DNA of 64,000 nucleotides, taken from assembly GCA_963514005.1 (NCBI GenBank), contig OY740783.1:5828001-5892000 (forward strand), read 5' to 3'. Position 1 is the stretch's first letter, and each line of letters opens with the position of its first letter. Of this stretch, positions 23,252 through 34,874 are shown piece by piece. Origin of the DNA: Raja brachyura (Eukaryota). Made by a program: the position numbers and the translations under genes. The notes beneath the pieces are model-generated. The model was not told the origin of the DNA and made no database searches. It worked only from the letters and a program-made list of their open reading frames with translations.

Positions 23252-26200
23252 GTGCTAGTGCTGTCGGGGAGGATTTAAACTAATGTGGCAGGGGGATGGG
23301 TACAAGAGCAGAGAGGCAGGTGGGTGTAAAACGAGGGTGGAAGCAATAGGGAGCAAGGTGAAAAGTAAAAGGGGTAAGAGCGTTGTAAAAACAAGCCTGA
23401 AGGCCTTGTGTCTCAATGCAAGGAGTATTCGTAATAAGGTGGATGAGTTGAACGTGCAGATAGCTATTAATGAGTATGATATAGTTGGGATCACGGAGAC
23501 ATGGCTCCAGGGTGACCAAGGCTGGGAGCTGAACATCCAGGGGTATTCAATATTCAGGAGGGATAGAGAGAAAGGAAAAGGAGGTGGGGTAGCGTTGCTG
23601 GTTAGAGAGGAGATTAACGCAATGGAAAGGAAGGACATTAGCTTGGAGCATGTGGAATCAGTATGGGTAGAGCTGCGAAACACTAAGGGGCAGAAAACGC
23701 TAGTGGGAGTTGTGTACAGGCCACCTAACAGTAGTAGTGAAGTTGGGGATGGTATAAAACAGGAAATTAGAAATGCGTGCGACAAAGGCAAAACAGTTAT
23801 AATGGGTGACTTCAATCTACATATAGATTGGGTGAATCAAATTGGCAGGGGCGCTGAGGAAGAGGATTTTTTGGAAAGTATGAGGGATAGTTATCTAAAT
23901 CAACATGTAGAGGAACCAACGAGAGAGCAGGCTATTTTAGACTGGGTATTGAGCAATGAGGAAGGGTTAGTTAGCAGTCTTATTGTACGTGCCCCTTTGG
24001 GCAACAGTGACCATAATATGGTTGAGTTCTTCATTAGGATGGAGAGTGACATTGTTAATTCAGAAACAATGGTTCTGAACTTAAGGAAAGGTAACTTTGA
24101 GGGTATGAGACGTGAATTGGCCAAGATTGACTGGCAATCAATTCTAAAAGGGTTGACGGTGGATATGCAATGGAAGACATTTAAAGACTGCATGGATGAA
24201 CTACAAAAATTGTTCATCCCAATTTGGCAAAAGAATAGATCAGGGAAGGTAGTGAATCCGTGGATAACAAGGGAAATCAGGGATAGTATCAAAGCAAAGG
24301 ATGATGCGTACAAAGTAGCCAGAAAAAGCAGCATACCAGAGGACTGGGAAAAATTCAGAGACCAGCAGAGAAGGACAAAGGGCTTGATTAGGAAAGGAAA
24401 AATAGATTATGAAAGAAAACTGGCAGGGAACATAAAAACTGACTGCAAAAGTTTTTATAGATATGTGAAGAGAAAGAGATTAGTTAAAACAAATGTAGGT
24501 CCCTTGCAGTCAGAAACAGGTGAGTTGATCATGGGGAACAAGGATATGGCGGACCAATTGAATAACTACTTTGGTTCCGTCTTCACTAAGGAAGACATAA
24601 ATAATCTGCCGGAAATAGCAGGGGACCGCAGGTCAAAGGAGTACTTGAGTGAAATCCAGGTTAGTCGGGAAGTGGTGTTGGGTAAATTGAATGGATTAAA
24701 GGCCGATAAATCCCCAGGGCCAGATAGGCTGCATCCCAGAGTACTTAAGGAAGTAGCTCCGGAAATAGTGGATGCATTAGTGATAATCTTTCAAAACTCT
24801 TTAGATTCTGTAGTAGTTCCTGAGGATTGGCGGGTAGCAAACGTAACCCCTCTTTTTAAGAAGGGGGGGAGAGAGAAAACGGGGAATTACAGACCAGTTA
24901 GTCTAACATCGGTAGTGGGGAAACTGCTGGAGTCAGTTATTAAAGATGGGATAGCAGCACATTTGGAAAGTGGTGAAATCATTGGACAAAGTCAGCATGG
25001 ATTTACGAAAGGTAAATCATGTCTGACGAATCTTGTGGAATTTTTCGAGGATGTAACTAGTAGCGTGGATGGGGGAGAACCAGTGGATGTGGTGTATCTG
25101 GACTTCCAGAAGGCTTTCGACAAGGTCCCACATAAGCGATTAGTATATAAACTTAAAGCATATGGCATTGGGGGTTCAGTATTGATGTGGATAGAGAACT
25201 GGCTGGCAAACAGGAAGCAAAGAGTAGGAGTTAACGGGTCGTTTTCACAATGGCAGGCAGTGACTAGTGGGGTACCGCAAGGCTCAGTGCTGGGACCCCA
25301 GCTATTTACAATATACATAAATGATCTGGATGAGGGAATTGAAGGCAATATCTCCAAGTTTGCGGATGACACTAAGCTGGGGGGCAGTGTTAGCTGTGAG
25401 GAGGATGCTAGGAGAATGCAGGGTGACTTGGATAGGTTGGGTGAGTGGGCAAATGTTTGGCAGATGCAGTATAATGTGGATAAATGTGAGGTTATCCACT
25501 TTGGTGGCAAAAATAGGAAAACCGACTACTATCTAAATGGTGGCCGATTACGAAAAGGGGAGATGCAGCGCGACCTGGGTGTCATGGTACACCAGTCATT
25601 GAAAGTAGGCATGCAGGTGCAACAGGCAGTGAAGAAAGCCAATGGTATGTTAGCTTTCATAGCAAAAGGATTTGAGTTTTGGAGCAGGGAGGTTCTACTT
25701 CAGTTGTATAGGGTCTTGGTGAGGCCACACCTGGAGTATTGCGTACAGTTCTGGTCTCCAAATCTGAGGAAGGACATTATTGCCATAGAGGGAGTGCAGC
25801 GAAGGTTCACCAGACTGATTCCTGGGATGTCAGGACTGTCTTATGAGCAAAGACTGCATAGACTCGGTTTATACTCTCTAGAATTTAGGAGATTGAGAGG
25901 GGATCTTATAGAAACTTACAAGATTCTTAAGGGGTTGGACAGGCTAGATGCAGGAAGATTGTTCCCGATGTTGGGGCCGTCCAGGACAAGGGGTCACAGC
26001 TTAAGGATAAGGGGGAAACCCTTTAGGACCGAGATGAGAAGGAATTTTTTCACACAGAGAGTGGTGGGTCTCTGGAATTCTCTGCCACAGAGGGTAGTTG
26101 AGGCCAGTTCATTGGATATATTTAAGAGGGAGTTAGATGTGGCCCTTGTGGCTAAGGGGATCAGAGGGTATGGAGAGAAGGCAGGTACGGGATACTGAGT

Positions 26201-26296
26201 TGGATGATCAGCCATGATCATATTGAATGGCGGTGCAGGCTCGAAGGGCCGAATGGCCTATTCCTGCACCTAATTTCTATGTTTCTATGTTTCTAT
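23252..26296 (+). mobile_element. CR1 LINE, truncated at the ORF1 end, with a complete ORF2; antisense in the Cmu1-Cmu2 intron
   Basis: Carries the last codons of ORF1, the whole ORF2, the 3' UTR and a (GTTTCTAT)n tail. GTTTCCTA is duplicated at both junctions. Confidence 0.95.
23283..26198 (+). CDS. CR1 ORF2: AP endonuclease + reverse transcriptase, 971 aa, uninterrupted
   Basis: APE motifs LNARS, ITETW, YRPP, GDFN, SDH. RT motifs QHGF, DFQKAFD, PQGSVLGP, FADD. Confidence 0.95.
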   Translation: MWQGDGYKSREAGGCKTRVEAIGSKVKSKRGKSVVKTSLKALCLNARSIRNKVDELNVQIAINEYDIVGITETWLQGDQGWELNIQGYSIFRRDREKGKGGGVALLVREEINAMERKDISLEHVESVWVELRNTKGQKTLVGVVYRPPNSSSEVGDGIKQEIRNACDKGKTVIMGDFNLHIDWVNQIGRGAEEEDFLESMRDSYLNQHVEEPTREQAILDWVLSNEEGLVSSLIVRAPLGNSDHNMVEFFIRMESDIVNSETMVLNLRKGNFEGMRRELAKIDWQSILKGLTVDMQWKTFKDCMDELQKLFIPIWQKNRSGKVVNPWITREIRDSIKAKDDAYKVARKSSIPEDWEKFRDQQRRTKGLIRKGKIDYERKLAGNIKTDCKSFYRYVKRKRLVKTNVGPLQSETGELIMGNKDMADQLNNYFGSVFTKEDINNLPEIAGDRRSKEYLSEIQVSREVVLGKLNGLKADKSPGPDRLHPRVLKEVAPEIVDALVIIFQNSLDSVVVPEDWRVANVTPLFKKGGREKTGNYRPVSLTSVVGKLLESVIKDGIAAHLESGEIIGQSQHGFTKGKSCLTNLVEFFEDVTSSVDGGEPVDVVYLDFQKAFDKVPHKRLVYKLKAYGIGGSVLMWIENWLANRKQRVGVNGSFSQWQAVTSGVPQGSVLGPQLFTIYINDLDEGIEGNISKFADDTKLGGSVSCEEDARRMQGDLDRLGEWANVWQMQYNVDKCEVIHFGGKNRKTDYYLNGGRLRKGEMQRDLGVMVHQSLKVGMQVQQAVKKANGMLAFIAKGFEFWSREVLLQLYRVLVRPHLEYCVQFWSPNLRKDIIAIEGVQRRFTRLIPGMSGLSYEQRLHRLGLYSLEFRRLRGDLIETYKILKGLDRLDAGRLFPMLGPSRTRGHSLRIRGKPFRTEMRRNFFTQRVVGLWNSLPQRVVEASSLDIFKRELDVALVAKGIRGYGEKAGTGY

Positions 26297-26802
26297 GTTT
26301 CCTAAGATGGACAGGGGCATAAGTAGTTGTCACTTGGATGTTATGGGCCAACTGTTCTGCTTCTGTCCTCTATGTCTGTGTCTGTGCTTTTAATACCCTT
26401 GATAATGTTCTCAACATGATGCACTCAGCCGCTTCGATTGTTCGCGAGTTAAAATGTAACTTATCTACGGATAGATCAGTTCCTCGCGATTTATATGAAC
26501 GTGCTCGTGATGATAATACATTTATGAGCACTCTTTTCAAGCTCTCTTCCAAGTCATTTTGGTTTTTTATGATTTTGTAAATGGTGAATTGCCTCGATAA
26601 TTGAAGCACCGCCTTCCGTTCCATGCCAAGAACGAACGACAGTGCTTCGGTATTATAAATATCGCTCTCGCCCCTCGGTGCCAGGAAACAAAACTCACCG
26701 TTTTATCCAATCAACAACAGCAGATGGTGTTCAATTTTTTTTTTTAAAGCAAAGAGCTGGAATAATTTAGCGGGCAAGGCATATTGTCACTTTCAGTTGA
26801 GA

Positions 26803-27867
26803 TAGAAACATAGAAAATAGGTGCAGGAGGAGGCCATTTGGCCCTTCGAGCCAGCACCGCCTTTCATTGTGATCACGGCTGATCGTCCCCAATCAATAAC
26901 CCGTGCCTGCCTTCTCCCCATATCCCTTGACTCCACTAGCCCCTAGAGCTCTATCCAACTCTCTCTTAAATCCATCCAGTGACTTGGCCTCCACTGCCCT
27001 CTGTGGCAGGGAATTCCATAAATTCACAATTCTCGGGGTGAAAACTTTTTTTCTCACCTCAGTCTTAAATGACCTCCCCTTTATTCTAAGACTGTGGCCC
27101 CTGGTTCTGGACTCGCCCAACATTGGGAACATTTTTCCTGCATCTAGCTTGTCCAGTCCTTTTATAATTTTATATGTTTATATGTTTATATATTTCTATA
27201 AGATTCCCCCTCACCAGCAGAGCTACCCCCCCTCCTCTGCCCACCTGCCTGTCCTTTCTATAGGATGTCTAACCCTGAATATGAAGTTTCCAGGCCCGAT
27301 CCTCCTGCAGCCACGTCTCAGTAATCCCCACAATGTCATATCTACCAACCTTCAACTGAGCCTCAAGCTCATCTACATTACTTCTTATACTTCACGCATT
27401 CATATACAATACTTTTAATTCCTTATGCATCTCACCTTTCACATCGATCCCTATTACACTTGGCCATACTCTCCTATCCCTTTGTGAGCTTCCTTTCCCG
27501 TTAATTCTGGGGGTCATTAACCATCCCTTTACTGTCTTTGCCTTTAACTCCGTCCTCGACTATCCCATTTGACATCCCACCCCCTTATTCAGTTTAAAAC
27601 CACCCGTGTAGCAGTGGCAAACCTGCCTGCCAGATTGCCGATCCCCCACCTGTTAAGATGCAATCCCTCCCTTTTGTACAGTTCCCCCTTACTCCAAAAC
27701 AGATCCCAGTGATCTAAGAATCTAAATCCCCTCCCCCTGCACCAGTTCCTCAGCTGCACATTCAGGTCCCGTATCTGCCTGTTCCTGCTTTCGCCAGCAC
27801 GAGGAACTGGAAGCAAACCGGAGATAACAACCCTGGAGTACTTATCTTCAATTGTCAAATCCCGCAA
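26803..27867 (-). mobile_element. CR1 fragments: 3' end joined to ORF1 (SGNH-esterase-like) and ORF2 start
   Basis: ORFs 26893-27132 and 27589-27867 (ISGLLPVPR...WC...F.FLDHW...GLHLN). Confidence 0.75.
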
Positions 27868-27869
27868 AT

Positions 27870-28352
27870 TATATGCATTGCATCATGGACTGGTTCGGCA
27901 ATTTGAAAGTCCAGGAACGGAAAAAGACTGTAAAAAGTTTCAATCACTGCCCAGTCTATAACCGGCGCTGACCTCTACATCATCAAAGGGATGTATCGGA
28001 GTTGCTGCCTCAAAAAGGCAGCCAACATCATCGGAGACCCACACCATGCGGGCCACACACTCATCTCACCACTGCCATCGTGAAGAAGGTACAAGAGCCT
28101 GAGAACTGTAACGTCCAGGCTATTAAACAGCACAACCTCATAAGCTCTGAACGACAATAGACTATTATTATTGCACTGTTATTGTTTGTTCTTTGAATAT
28201 GTACACACACACACACACACACACACACTGAACTTTTTTTTCTCACTCTCGTTTATCATATTATTTATGATGTTCACATATTCTGTTGTGCTGCAGCAAG
28301 CAAGAATGTAATTGTTCTATCTGGGACACATGACAATAAAACACACTTGACT
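27870..28352 (+). mobile_element. Rex1/Babar LINE 3' fragment
   Basis: Degenerate C-terminal ORF2 (WFGN...IIGDPHH...LPS...RL). AATAAA and CTTGA tail at about 28335-28352. Confidence 0.6.
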
Positions 28353-28393
28353 CCAACTCCACCCTCAGCCTTGCATTGCACCCCAACACGAAC

Positions 28394-28690
28394 CTGGTAA
28401 TGGCAGTTTATACTCTTTTTGGTTGTGCCGAACCACACAGAAGATGTCGCTTCCCCCAGCCACTGCCTCGGTGATGGTTAACTCGCTGCTCCGGGTGTAA
28501 GTTCCCAACTTATTGAACACTGCCGGGTAGTTCTTCACTCCATCGACCAGGTCTGTATCATCTTTCTTCCAAGATACAATGGCGCCCGCAGGGGAATAGC
28601 CCAACGCCAAACAACCGTAGGTGAACGAACCACTGGAGCCGTGATCCTCGCACGTGAAGAGAATGAAGGGGCTGGGGGGGGAATCAGCCG
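28394..28690 (-). CDS. IGHM: IgM Cmu1 exon
   Basis: AADSPPSPFILFTCEDHGSSGSFTYGCLALGYSPAG...VSWKKD...YPAV...TYTRSSELT...IFCVVRH. Acceptor AACTTGCAG, donor CAG|GTTCGT, 297 bp. Has the extra Cys expected for the L-chain bond. Confidence 0.93.
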
Positions 28691-29119
28691 CTGCAAGTTA
28701 AAGGTCACATGAATGTTAAACTCTCTCTCTTGCTTGTTTTGCAAAATATTCAGTGCGAAGAATCATTATACAGCAATTCGTTACGCAATATTCTATTTCA
28801 TGAAACTTCACCCGAGTATCATAAACTATTAGTTCAACATAGAAAATGGAAACATAGAAAATAGGTGCAGGAGGAGGCCATTCGGCCCATTGAGCCAGCA
28901 CCACCATTCATTGTGATCATGGCTGATTCAACATTCCACCTTGATCCCACCTTGGAGCACATTGGCTGAAAACTTCTTGGGGTGCCAATATCTGGCAGTT
29001 ACTGTCAAATGCACGCACAATTTCCAGTTGGAAATATATCAATAGGCCTCCAGTATTAATTACTGTAAAATTCCCAGGGTTTCTCAGGAATGCTCAATGG
29101 CCATAACTAACGTTACTAT

Positions 29120-29600
29120 CTCACCAAACTCCTTGTTGTGACTGGGGATGATGGAGTAAGGGCAGAACTAGGGGATACAGTGTGGACACGTGTGAGGGCC
29201 TCGTCTATGGTAAACGTGGGGAATACCCGCTCCCTAAAGAATGAGGAGCACGGATATTCTGGTATGGAACAACTCATCTTGGGAGCAGTTGCGCAGAGAC
29301 GGTTGAATTTGGGAATAGGACATAGAGTCTTTGCAGGAGGCAAGGTTGGAAGAGCTGTAGTCCTGATAGCTGTGAGAGTCCGTAGATTTGCAATTTACGA
29401 CAGTCGATAGTCTATCTCCTGCGATGGAGACGGTGAGATCAACAAAGTGGAGGCATTGTGTCGGGGATGGACCCGGTGAAATTGAACGTAGGGTCTCAGT
29501 TAGTAGCTAATGAAGTCCATGAGTTCTCCATGAGTATAGGAGGAAGAATACGGGGATAGGGGCAGTCTGTGTCAGGGGTTGTTCCATGTACCCAACCAAA
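29120..29600 (-). mobile_element. Degenerate Penelope-like retroelement fragment
   Basis: ORF 29116-29343 (RL...SSFFRER.FP..IDEALTRV) resembles the post-RT region of vertebrate Penelope elements. A similar piece lies near 40150-40420. Confidence 0.5.
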
Positions 29601-29641
29601 TGGAAATTGGTGGAATGATGTGGAATGTTGGAAACGAAATG

Positions 29642-29767
29642 TTCTGCTATTTTAATTATAGAACAGGGTATCCCACTAATACTTGAATAGAATGAGAATT
29701 GGAATCGATGGCTCAAAGGAGGATTTGACTGATGTTCAAAATTACATTTGCATTAATTTAATTAAAA
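29642..29767 (+). repeat. Left arm of a 126-bp inverted repeat, containing octamer ATTTGCAT (29746-29753)
   Basis: Ungapped reverse-complement match to 31302-31427, with 13 mismatches by hand count. Confidence 0.9.
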
Positions 29768-30339
29768 TTAAATAATTAGGTAGGTTTTGCTTGGACCCAT
29801 GAGAGTGCCCATGGCAAAACATTTGATTTGGAGAGAAGAGTTTGGGTTTTATAAATGGTTCAGAGACTATCCGATCAATTCACAGAAATTGGAAAGAAGA
29901 CTGGTTTACCATATCAGGCTCCCGAACATAAATTGAGAGAAGACAAAAAAAAAAAATCACAATCTTGCCATGAACTTGTCCCTAAAATGTGTCAATCGAA
30001 CCAAACCAACTAAGGAGGTGGATGGGATTGAAATGGTAGCTCTATTATTTAACGACAAATAACACACCTAAAATGTCACTTAGCACTGTATTTTGTGAAA
30101 TATCACTCCTATCACTCACGAAAATATACTGATCATTTGTATGCCGACAGTAATTACAAGTAAATTCCGAAAAGCAATCCAGCCGACATTGGATAAGAAC
30201 ATTACATTCATACCAGATAAAAAAATATGGAAGAGATTGCATTGGTAAAGATTTTAATTAACTCTCTCAATATAATGTCTACATTAATAAACGTTATGTA
30301 ATCCAACATCTGGAAGCTAAATGTAGCATATAAATTGTA

Positions 30340-30910
30340 AGAACACTCCTGACTCAAAATTAATAATATTAGGAATATTAGAACACATCAATTAATAACA
30401 ACGAATAAAATAATTTTTATCGATTACAGTTTAATAATTGGGAAAAAATTAATATTGAAATTTTGGAAAGGTCCTACATCCCCCACAATCAAAATGTGGA
30501 TTACAGGAATGTCGGAGACACTTCACCTGGAAAGATTAAGACTTGTCCTACTGGGCAAGTTGGATCAATTCAGAGGGATATGGTCTCCATTTATTGAATA
30601 TTTAAAGGGTCAAAATGGCTCGGTGCGAGAACCTGACTGAAGCCTGAATGAAGGAATAGATGAAGAATCACATATAATAATCCATGGATATATCTCCAAT
30701 GATGTATAACCTGCTCAACACTTCATTCATCTTTTTGATTTTCTATTTTTACTTTATTTTTCTCTATTATTTTCTACCTGTATTAAAAAAAAAATTAAAT
30801 GCATAGAAGTACAAATAAGAAATAATTGTTAATATTAATGTGACATGTATATTCTTCCTTTAATATGTACTTCGAATAAAAATATTTAACAAAAAGAAAA
30901 ATAAATAAAT
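30340..30910 (+). mobile_element. L1-clade 3' end fragment
   Basis: ORF 30455-30640 (WK..TSPTIKMW...LHLERL...IWSPF), followed by AATAAA and an A-rich tail. Confidence 0.65.
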
Positions 30911-31301
30911 AGTAAGAACATGTTAGTACTTCGCCATTGAATCAATTGGCACAGGTTTCAAATGTTTGTCTGTGTGCACCATTGCAATGGACTGTCCCTT
31001 AATGGATTCAAAAATTAATCAAATGAATATTAATGTTTTTGCAATGACGCTCAGTTCCGTTTCCAGCATCTTTAAAACGAGTTTACGTTTACAATATCAT
31101 CGGCACTGGAGAACGAATGATTAACGTTGTATCACTGTCTGATCGGAAACAAATTAAAAAGATACCCATCATAAATTACAACCTGCAATCTATTAAAAAA
31201 AAATCGAAGTTTGCTTCGTGACTTTAACGGCAAAAGTCTTTAATTCATATAGAGGAAGTCTACTTTTAATATTGAAAATGCACAATGTTGGTAAATCAAT
31301 G

Positions 31302-31427
31302 TTTTAATTAATTAAATGCAAATGTAATTTTGAACGTCGCTCAAACCCTCCTATGAGCCATCGATTTAAAGTCTGATTCTGTTCAAGGATTAGTGGGATA
31401 CCCTGTTCTATAATTAAAATAGCAGAA
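31302..31427 (-). repeat. Right arm of the 126-bp inverted repeat, containing octamer ATGCAAAT (31316-31323)
   Basis: Reverse complement of 29642-29767. Confidence 0.9.
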
Positions 31428-33512
31428 AATCTCGTTCCATTTCCCCAATTTTCTTTTTTTTACCGTAAATTACATTTTTCATTAGCAATTTAGTAAATAG
31501 AGGAACGTTATGTTTAAATGACATTGGGCGCCGTAGACAAAATTTGATTTCAAATTGTCTTTCTAATAAATGCGTGGATTAAAAATTATTTAAATACTAC
31601 AGCTGTTCCGAAATGTCCCCATTTGACATTCAACGTATTTTCCAAATAGGTAATGTCGTGGTATTGAACAGGAAATTGAGACATGGGTCATGGGGTCGGG
31701 CAACACTTGTGGAAGGGGAAAACCAATACATTTCCAGGTCAACGATACTTGGATGACCAGTTCATGGCAAATTCAATTAAGATTAGAGATGGAACAAAGA
31801 AATAGATCTTTCTGCCAACCGAATCCACGGCGACACACACGTTCTACGTTATCGCATCCACCCCTGACACACCAGGGACAATCACACAGGTCAATTAACC
31901 TGCAAACCTGCACATCTTCGGGACGTGGGAGGAAAGCAGAGCACCAGTAAATAGCATTTAAACCACAGGGAGAATGCACAAATTCCTACACAGTCTGCCA
32001 CTGATTTCGGAAACGTAGTCGGCGCTCTGGCGCTACCAGCTGTCTTTCTGGTCCCAGGCCTGAGATTTGACTTTCGCCGCAGGTTGCCTGACCCTTTAAG
32101 TGTTTGCAGAATGTATTGGTCTTATTAATTTACATCAATTCCTACTTATTTTTAAACATATATCTTCTTTGTGTTTATTGAAATAACCCAATCCGACAGC
32201 AATACCCGGTCGTTGCCATTCGAATTGAACATACAAAAACATCCAATTGTGCAACAACATCGTCTCCCGCAATGACCGGCTGAATGATACCACTGATGGG
32301 CTGAATCACACAACACACATTGACTGAAACTCTTCACAAAAATCCAAATATCTCTGTCCATAGACCACCGAAATTCATTGGCCAAAAGATGTCCGAGCCA
32401 ATCATTGTTGAAATAACAATGATTAACACAATAACAAATGGACTCCACCAATACATAGATACATAGACAATAGATAGATCCTGTTACTGCTAACCAAACG
32501 CGCCGATGTTACTTATTTGCTAATTGACTCCAGCATCTCCCCCAATACCGATGTCAGGCCAACTGCTCTGTCATTCCCTGCTTTCTCTCTCCCTCCTATC
32601 TTGAAAAGTGGGATAACATTATCTACCCTTAATCCACAGGAACTGATGCAGAATCTATAGGACATTGCAGAGTGATTACCAATGCTTCCACGATATGGAG
32701 ACACACCGCCTTCCCAACCCATTGTTCAAGCGATTTTGATTGCAACATGCGCCTTAATTGAGTTCAACAAAGAAACTGACAAGTTACTAAAGAACTTTGC
32801 ACTTCTGTGCTTTGCTGCAAGAAAATGATACATCTTCAATGCAAGTTTTGTTAGCCATTGGATCAAAGGTGGCAATGCGATTCCACCAATTAATACATAC
32901 ACTTCTTAAATACAAAACTTGGACATTTTACACCCCTTTCTATCGTTTGTTTCATATAGAAACATAGAAAATAGGTGCAGGAGGAGGCCATTTGGCCCTT
33001 CGAGCCAGCACCGCCATTCATTGTGATCATGGCTTATCATCCCCAATCAATAACCCGTGCCTGCCTTCTCCCCATATCCCTTGATTCCACTAGCCCCTAG
33101 AGCTCTATCTAACTCTCTCTTAAATCCATGTGTTGAGAAATATGCGTTGAGAACAAACAAACTGAGACAAAGCATCTGCTGTCGATCAGAAAACACAGTT
33201 CAATGCATCGCCGATCTGGGACCACAACAGTCTCAAACAATTTGAAAGCATGGTGAAGGCAAATTCAAGCACATTTTTCGACTAATTAGGAACTAAATCA
33301 CATCCGTTTCATCGTCAAAGGATCGAAGTCATAGCATACAAAGGCACGTTTAATTCAGGAATCTCACTGCAGCGAAATAACATAACATTCTAAAGCAACA
33401 TCGATCCAACATTGCAATGAATTTGTAATTAATGCAGAAGACAATTACTGGAAATATATATTAAAATTACAACTGGATACATCTAGAGACTGAATAGGAT
33501 GAAGTTTCTTAC

Positions 33513-33560
33513 CGTTGGTTACGGTCAACATGGTGCCTCCTCCCCAGTAGTCAAGATAGT
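33513..33560 (-). CDS. IGHJ: JH segment (YLDYWGGGTMLTVTN)
   Basis: WGxG motif. Donor G|GTAAGA in phase with Cmu1. Confidence 0.95.
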
Positions 33561-33599
33561 CACGGTGTTACATTCTATGGGGTTCTTCACACAATAACA
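33561..33599 (+). other. JH 23-bp-spacer RSS
   Basis: CACGGTG (33561-33567), 23 nt, ACAATAACA (33591-33599). Confidence 0.88.
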
Positions 33600-33926
33600 T
33601 GATCTGCACCAGGCAGGCAAAAAAGAACACAATTCCTGTAAGTATTCGTATTTCACATCTAAGGCGAATGCCTTATTGCTCTTTGAAAACAATGAATGCG
33701 TTAAAAATATAATTTCCAACAAGAATCAGGTGCCAAGGTGCCGTGTATTTTACAGGGCAGTGACATGTGATTAGAATAATTTACATGTAAAATATAAATT
33801 ACCACAAGTTGCCAATACAATAAAAGGTGCTAAAATAGTCCTGGACATGTTTATGCTCCTGTAGGATGAGATATTAAATTGAAAATAGCATATACTGACC
33901 CAGACCACGGTATTATGGGTTGTGGA

Positions 33927-33994
33927 TGTTTTTGTATTGGTAGGAACCGCTGTGCCATCCAGTATACACAGTGAAACATGGCATGACAAATACT
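33927..33994 (-). other. DH2 segment (TATACTGGATGG, 33955-33966) flanked by 12/12 RSSs
   Basis: 5' RSS CACAGTG-12-ACAAATACT (33967-33994). 3' RSS CACAGCG-12-ACAAAAACA (33927-33954). Confidence 0.93.
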
Positions 33995-34243
33995 TCACTC
34001 TTCAAGAACTGATGCATGCACTGCTCACAGAGGATATGTCCCCGGGCACTATTCGCTGTCACTTTTAAAGCTAAACGGTGTTCTTCCAAAGCTCATATAA
34101 CATAACGATAACTGGTCGGAAGACAGTTGGACATTTCTCAAAAACAATCCATATAACTTTAAGCAGTGAACTTCCATTTGAATTTGCTTCGCTCGGCTCT
34201 CCAGCTGTGCTCGTAGGTTGGAACAGGAGAAAAGTAGGTGTGG

Positions 34244-34321
34244 GGTTTTTGTACGGGGAAGTCGCTGTATGCAGCACCGTGACCCACTGTATACACAGTG
34301 AGACAGACCCGCACAAAAACC
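34244..34321 (-). other. DH1 segment (TATACAGTGGGT, 34282-34293) flanked by 12/22 RSSs
   Basis: 5' RSS CACAGTG-12-ACAAAAACC (34294-34321, perfect consensus). 3' RSS CACGGTG-22-ACAAAAACC (34244-34281). Confidence 0.95.
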
Positions 34322-34395
34322 TCCCATACAGTTCACACTCAGGTTTCATTTGAAATGGCCTTCGACACGATTTTAAATGGCCCAGCAGTTCACAG

Positions 34396-34553
34396 AGAAC
34401 ATAGAAACATAGAAAATAGGTGCAGGAGTAGGCCATTCGGCCCTTCATTCATCCAACTCAGTATCCCGTACCTGCCTTCTCTCCATACCCTCTGATCCCC
34501 TTTAGCCACAAGGGCCACATCCAACTCCCTCTTAAATATAGCCAATGAACTGG
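34396..34553 (-). mobile_element. CR1 3' fragment in the V-D1 interval
   Basis: (CATAGAAA)n tail and 3' UTR with an internal deletion. GAACATAG occurs at both ends. Confidence 0.85.
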
Positions 34554-34874
34554 AACATAGTAGACATAACACCAACAATCTCCCTGCATCTCAACTGCGT
34601 AATGGAATCAGCATATATTCGAGGTCTATGATTGTACACAACGCTGTCGGTATGAGTGAAGGAAAGAACAAACCAATCTCACTTGAATGCGCAGGTTACA
34701 TTTTGAATAATTGCTAGGTTTATTCTTTGAACCCTTTTTAAACAATGGAACAACATATCGTGTTGGATTTGCCAACGGTAGTTTGCGCTCCATTTTCCGA
34801 CTGTTATTATAGCTGTTGAAAAATAAATTCTCACCTCTGGTCTTTGATGGTGAAAGCTGGACTTCCCAACGTGC

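Larger units (their letters stand above)
22999..26319. mobile_element. PIF/Harbinger-type MITE (22999-23251 plus 26297-26319) whose right TIR is interrupted by CR1
   Basis: TIRs of about 85 bp (TGCCCCTGTCCCACTTAGGAAAC... / ...GTTTCCTAAGATGGACAGGGGCA), flanked by TAA on both sides (22996-22998, 26320-26322). Confidence 0.75.

Noticed and set aside
28674-28681. G8 homopolymer at the Cmu1 start as a possible frameshift (the ORF track splits Cmu1)
   Set aside because: With the phase-1 J splice the exon reads in frame through all 297 bp. The track split only reflects start-codon choice.
28691-33512. Class-switch (S-mu-like) repeat region or additional C exons or isotypes
   Set aside because: No tandem AGCT/G-rich array and no further Ig domains were seen in the intron or elsewhere in the window.
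34282-34300. CACTGT-ATAC-ACAGTG resembling a signal joint or an extra heptamer in D1
   Set aside because: The internal copy is TACAGTG, which lacks the essential first C and has no correctly spaced nonamer. It is ordinary D1 coding sequence.
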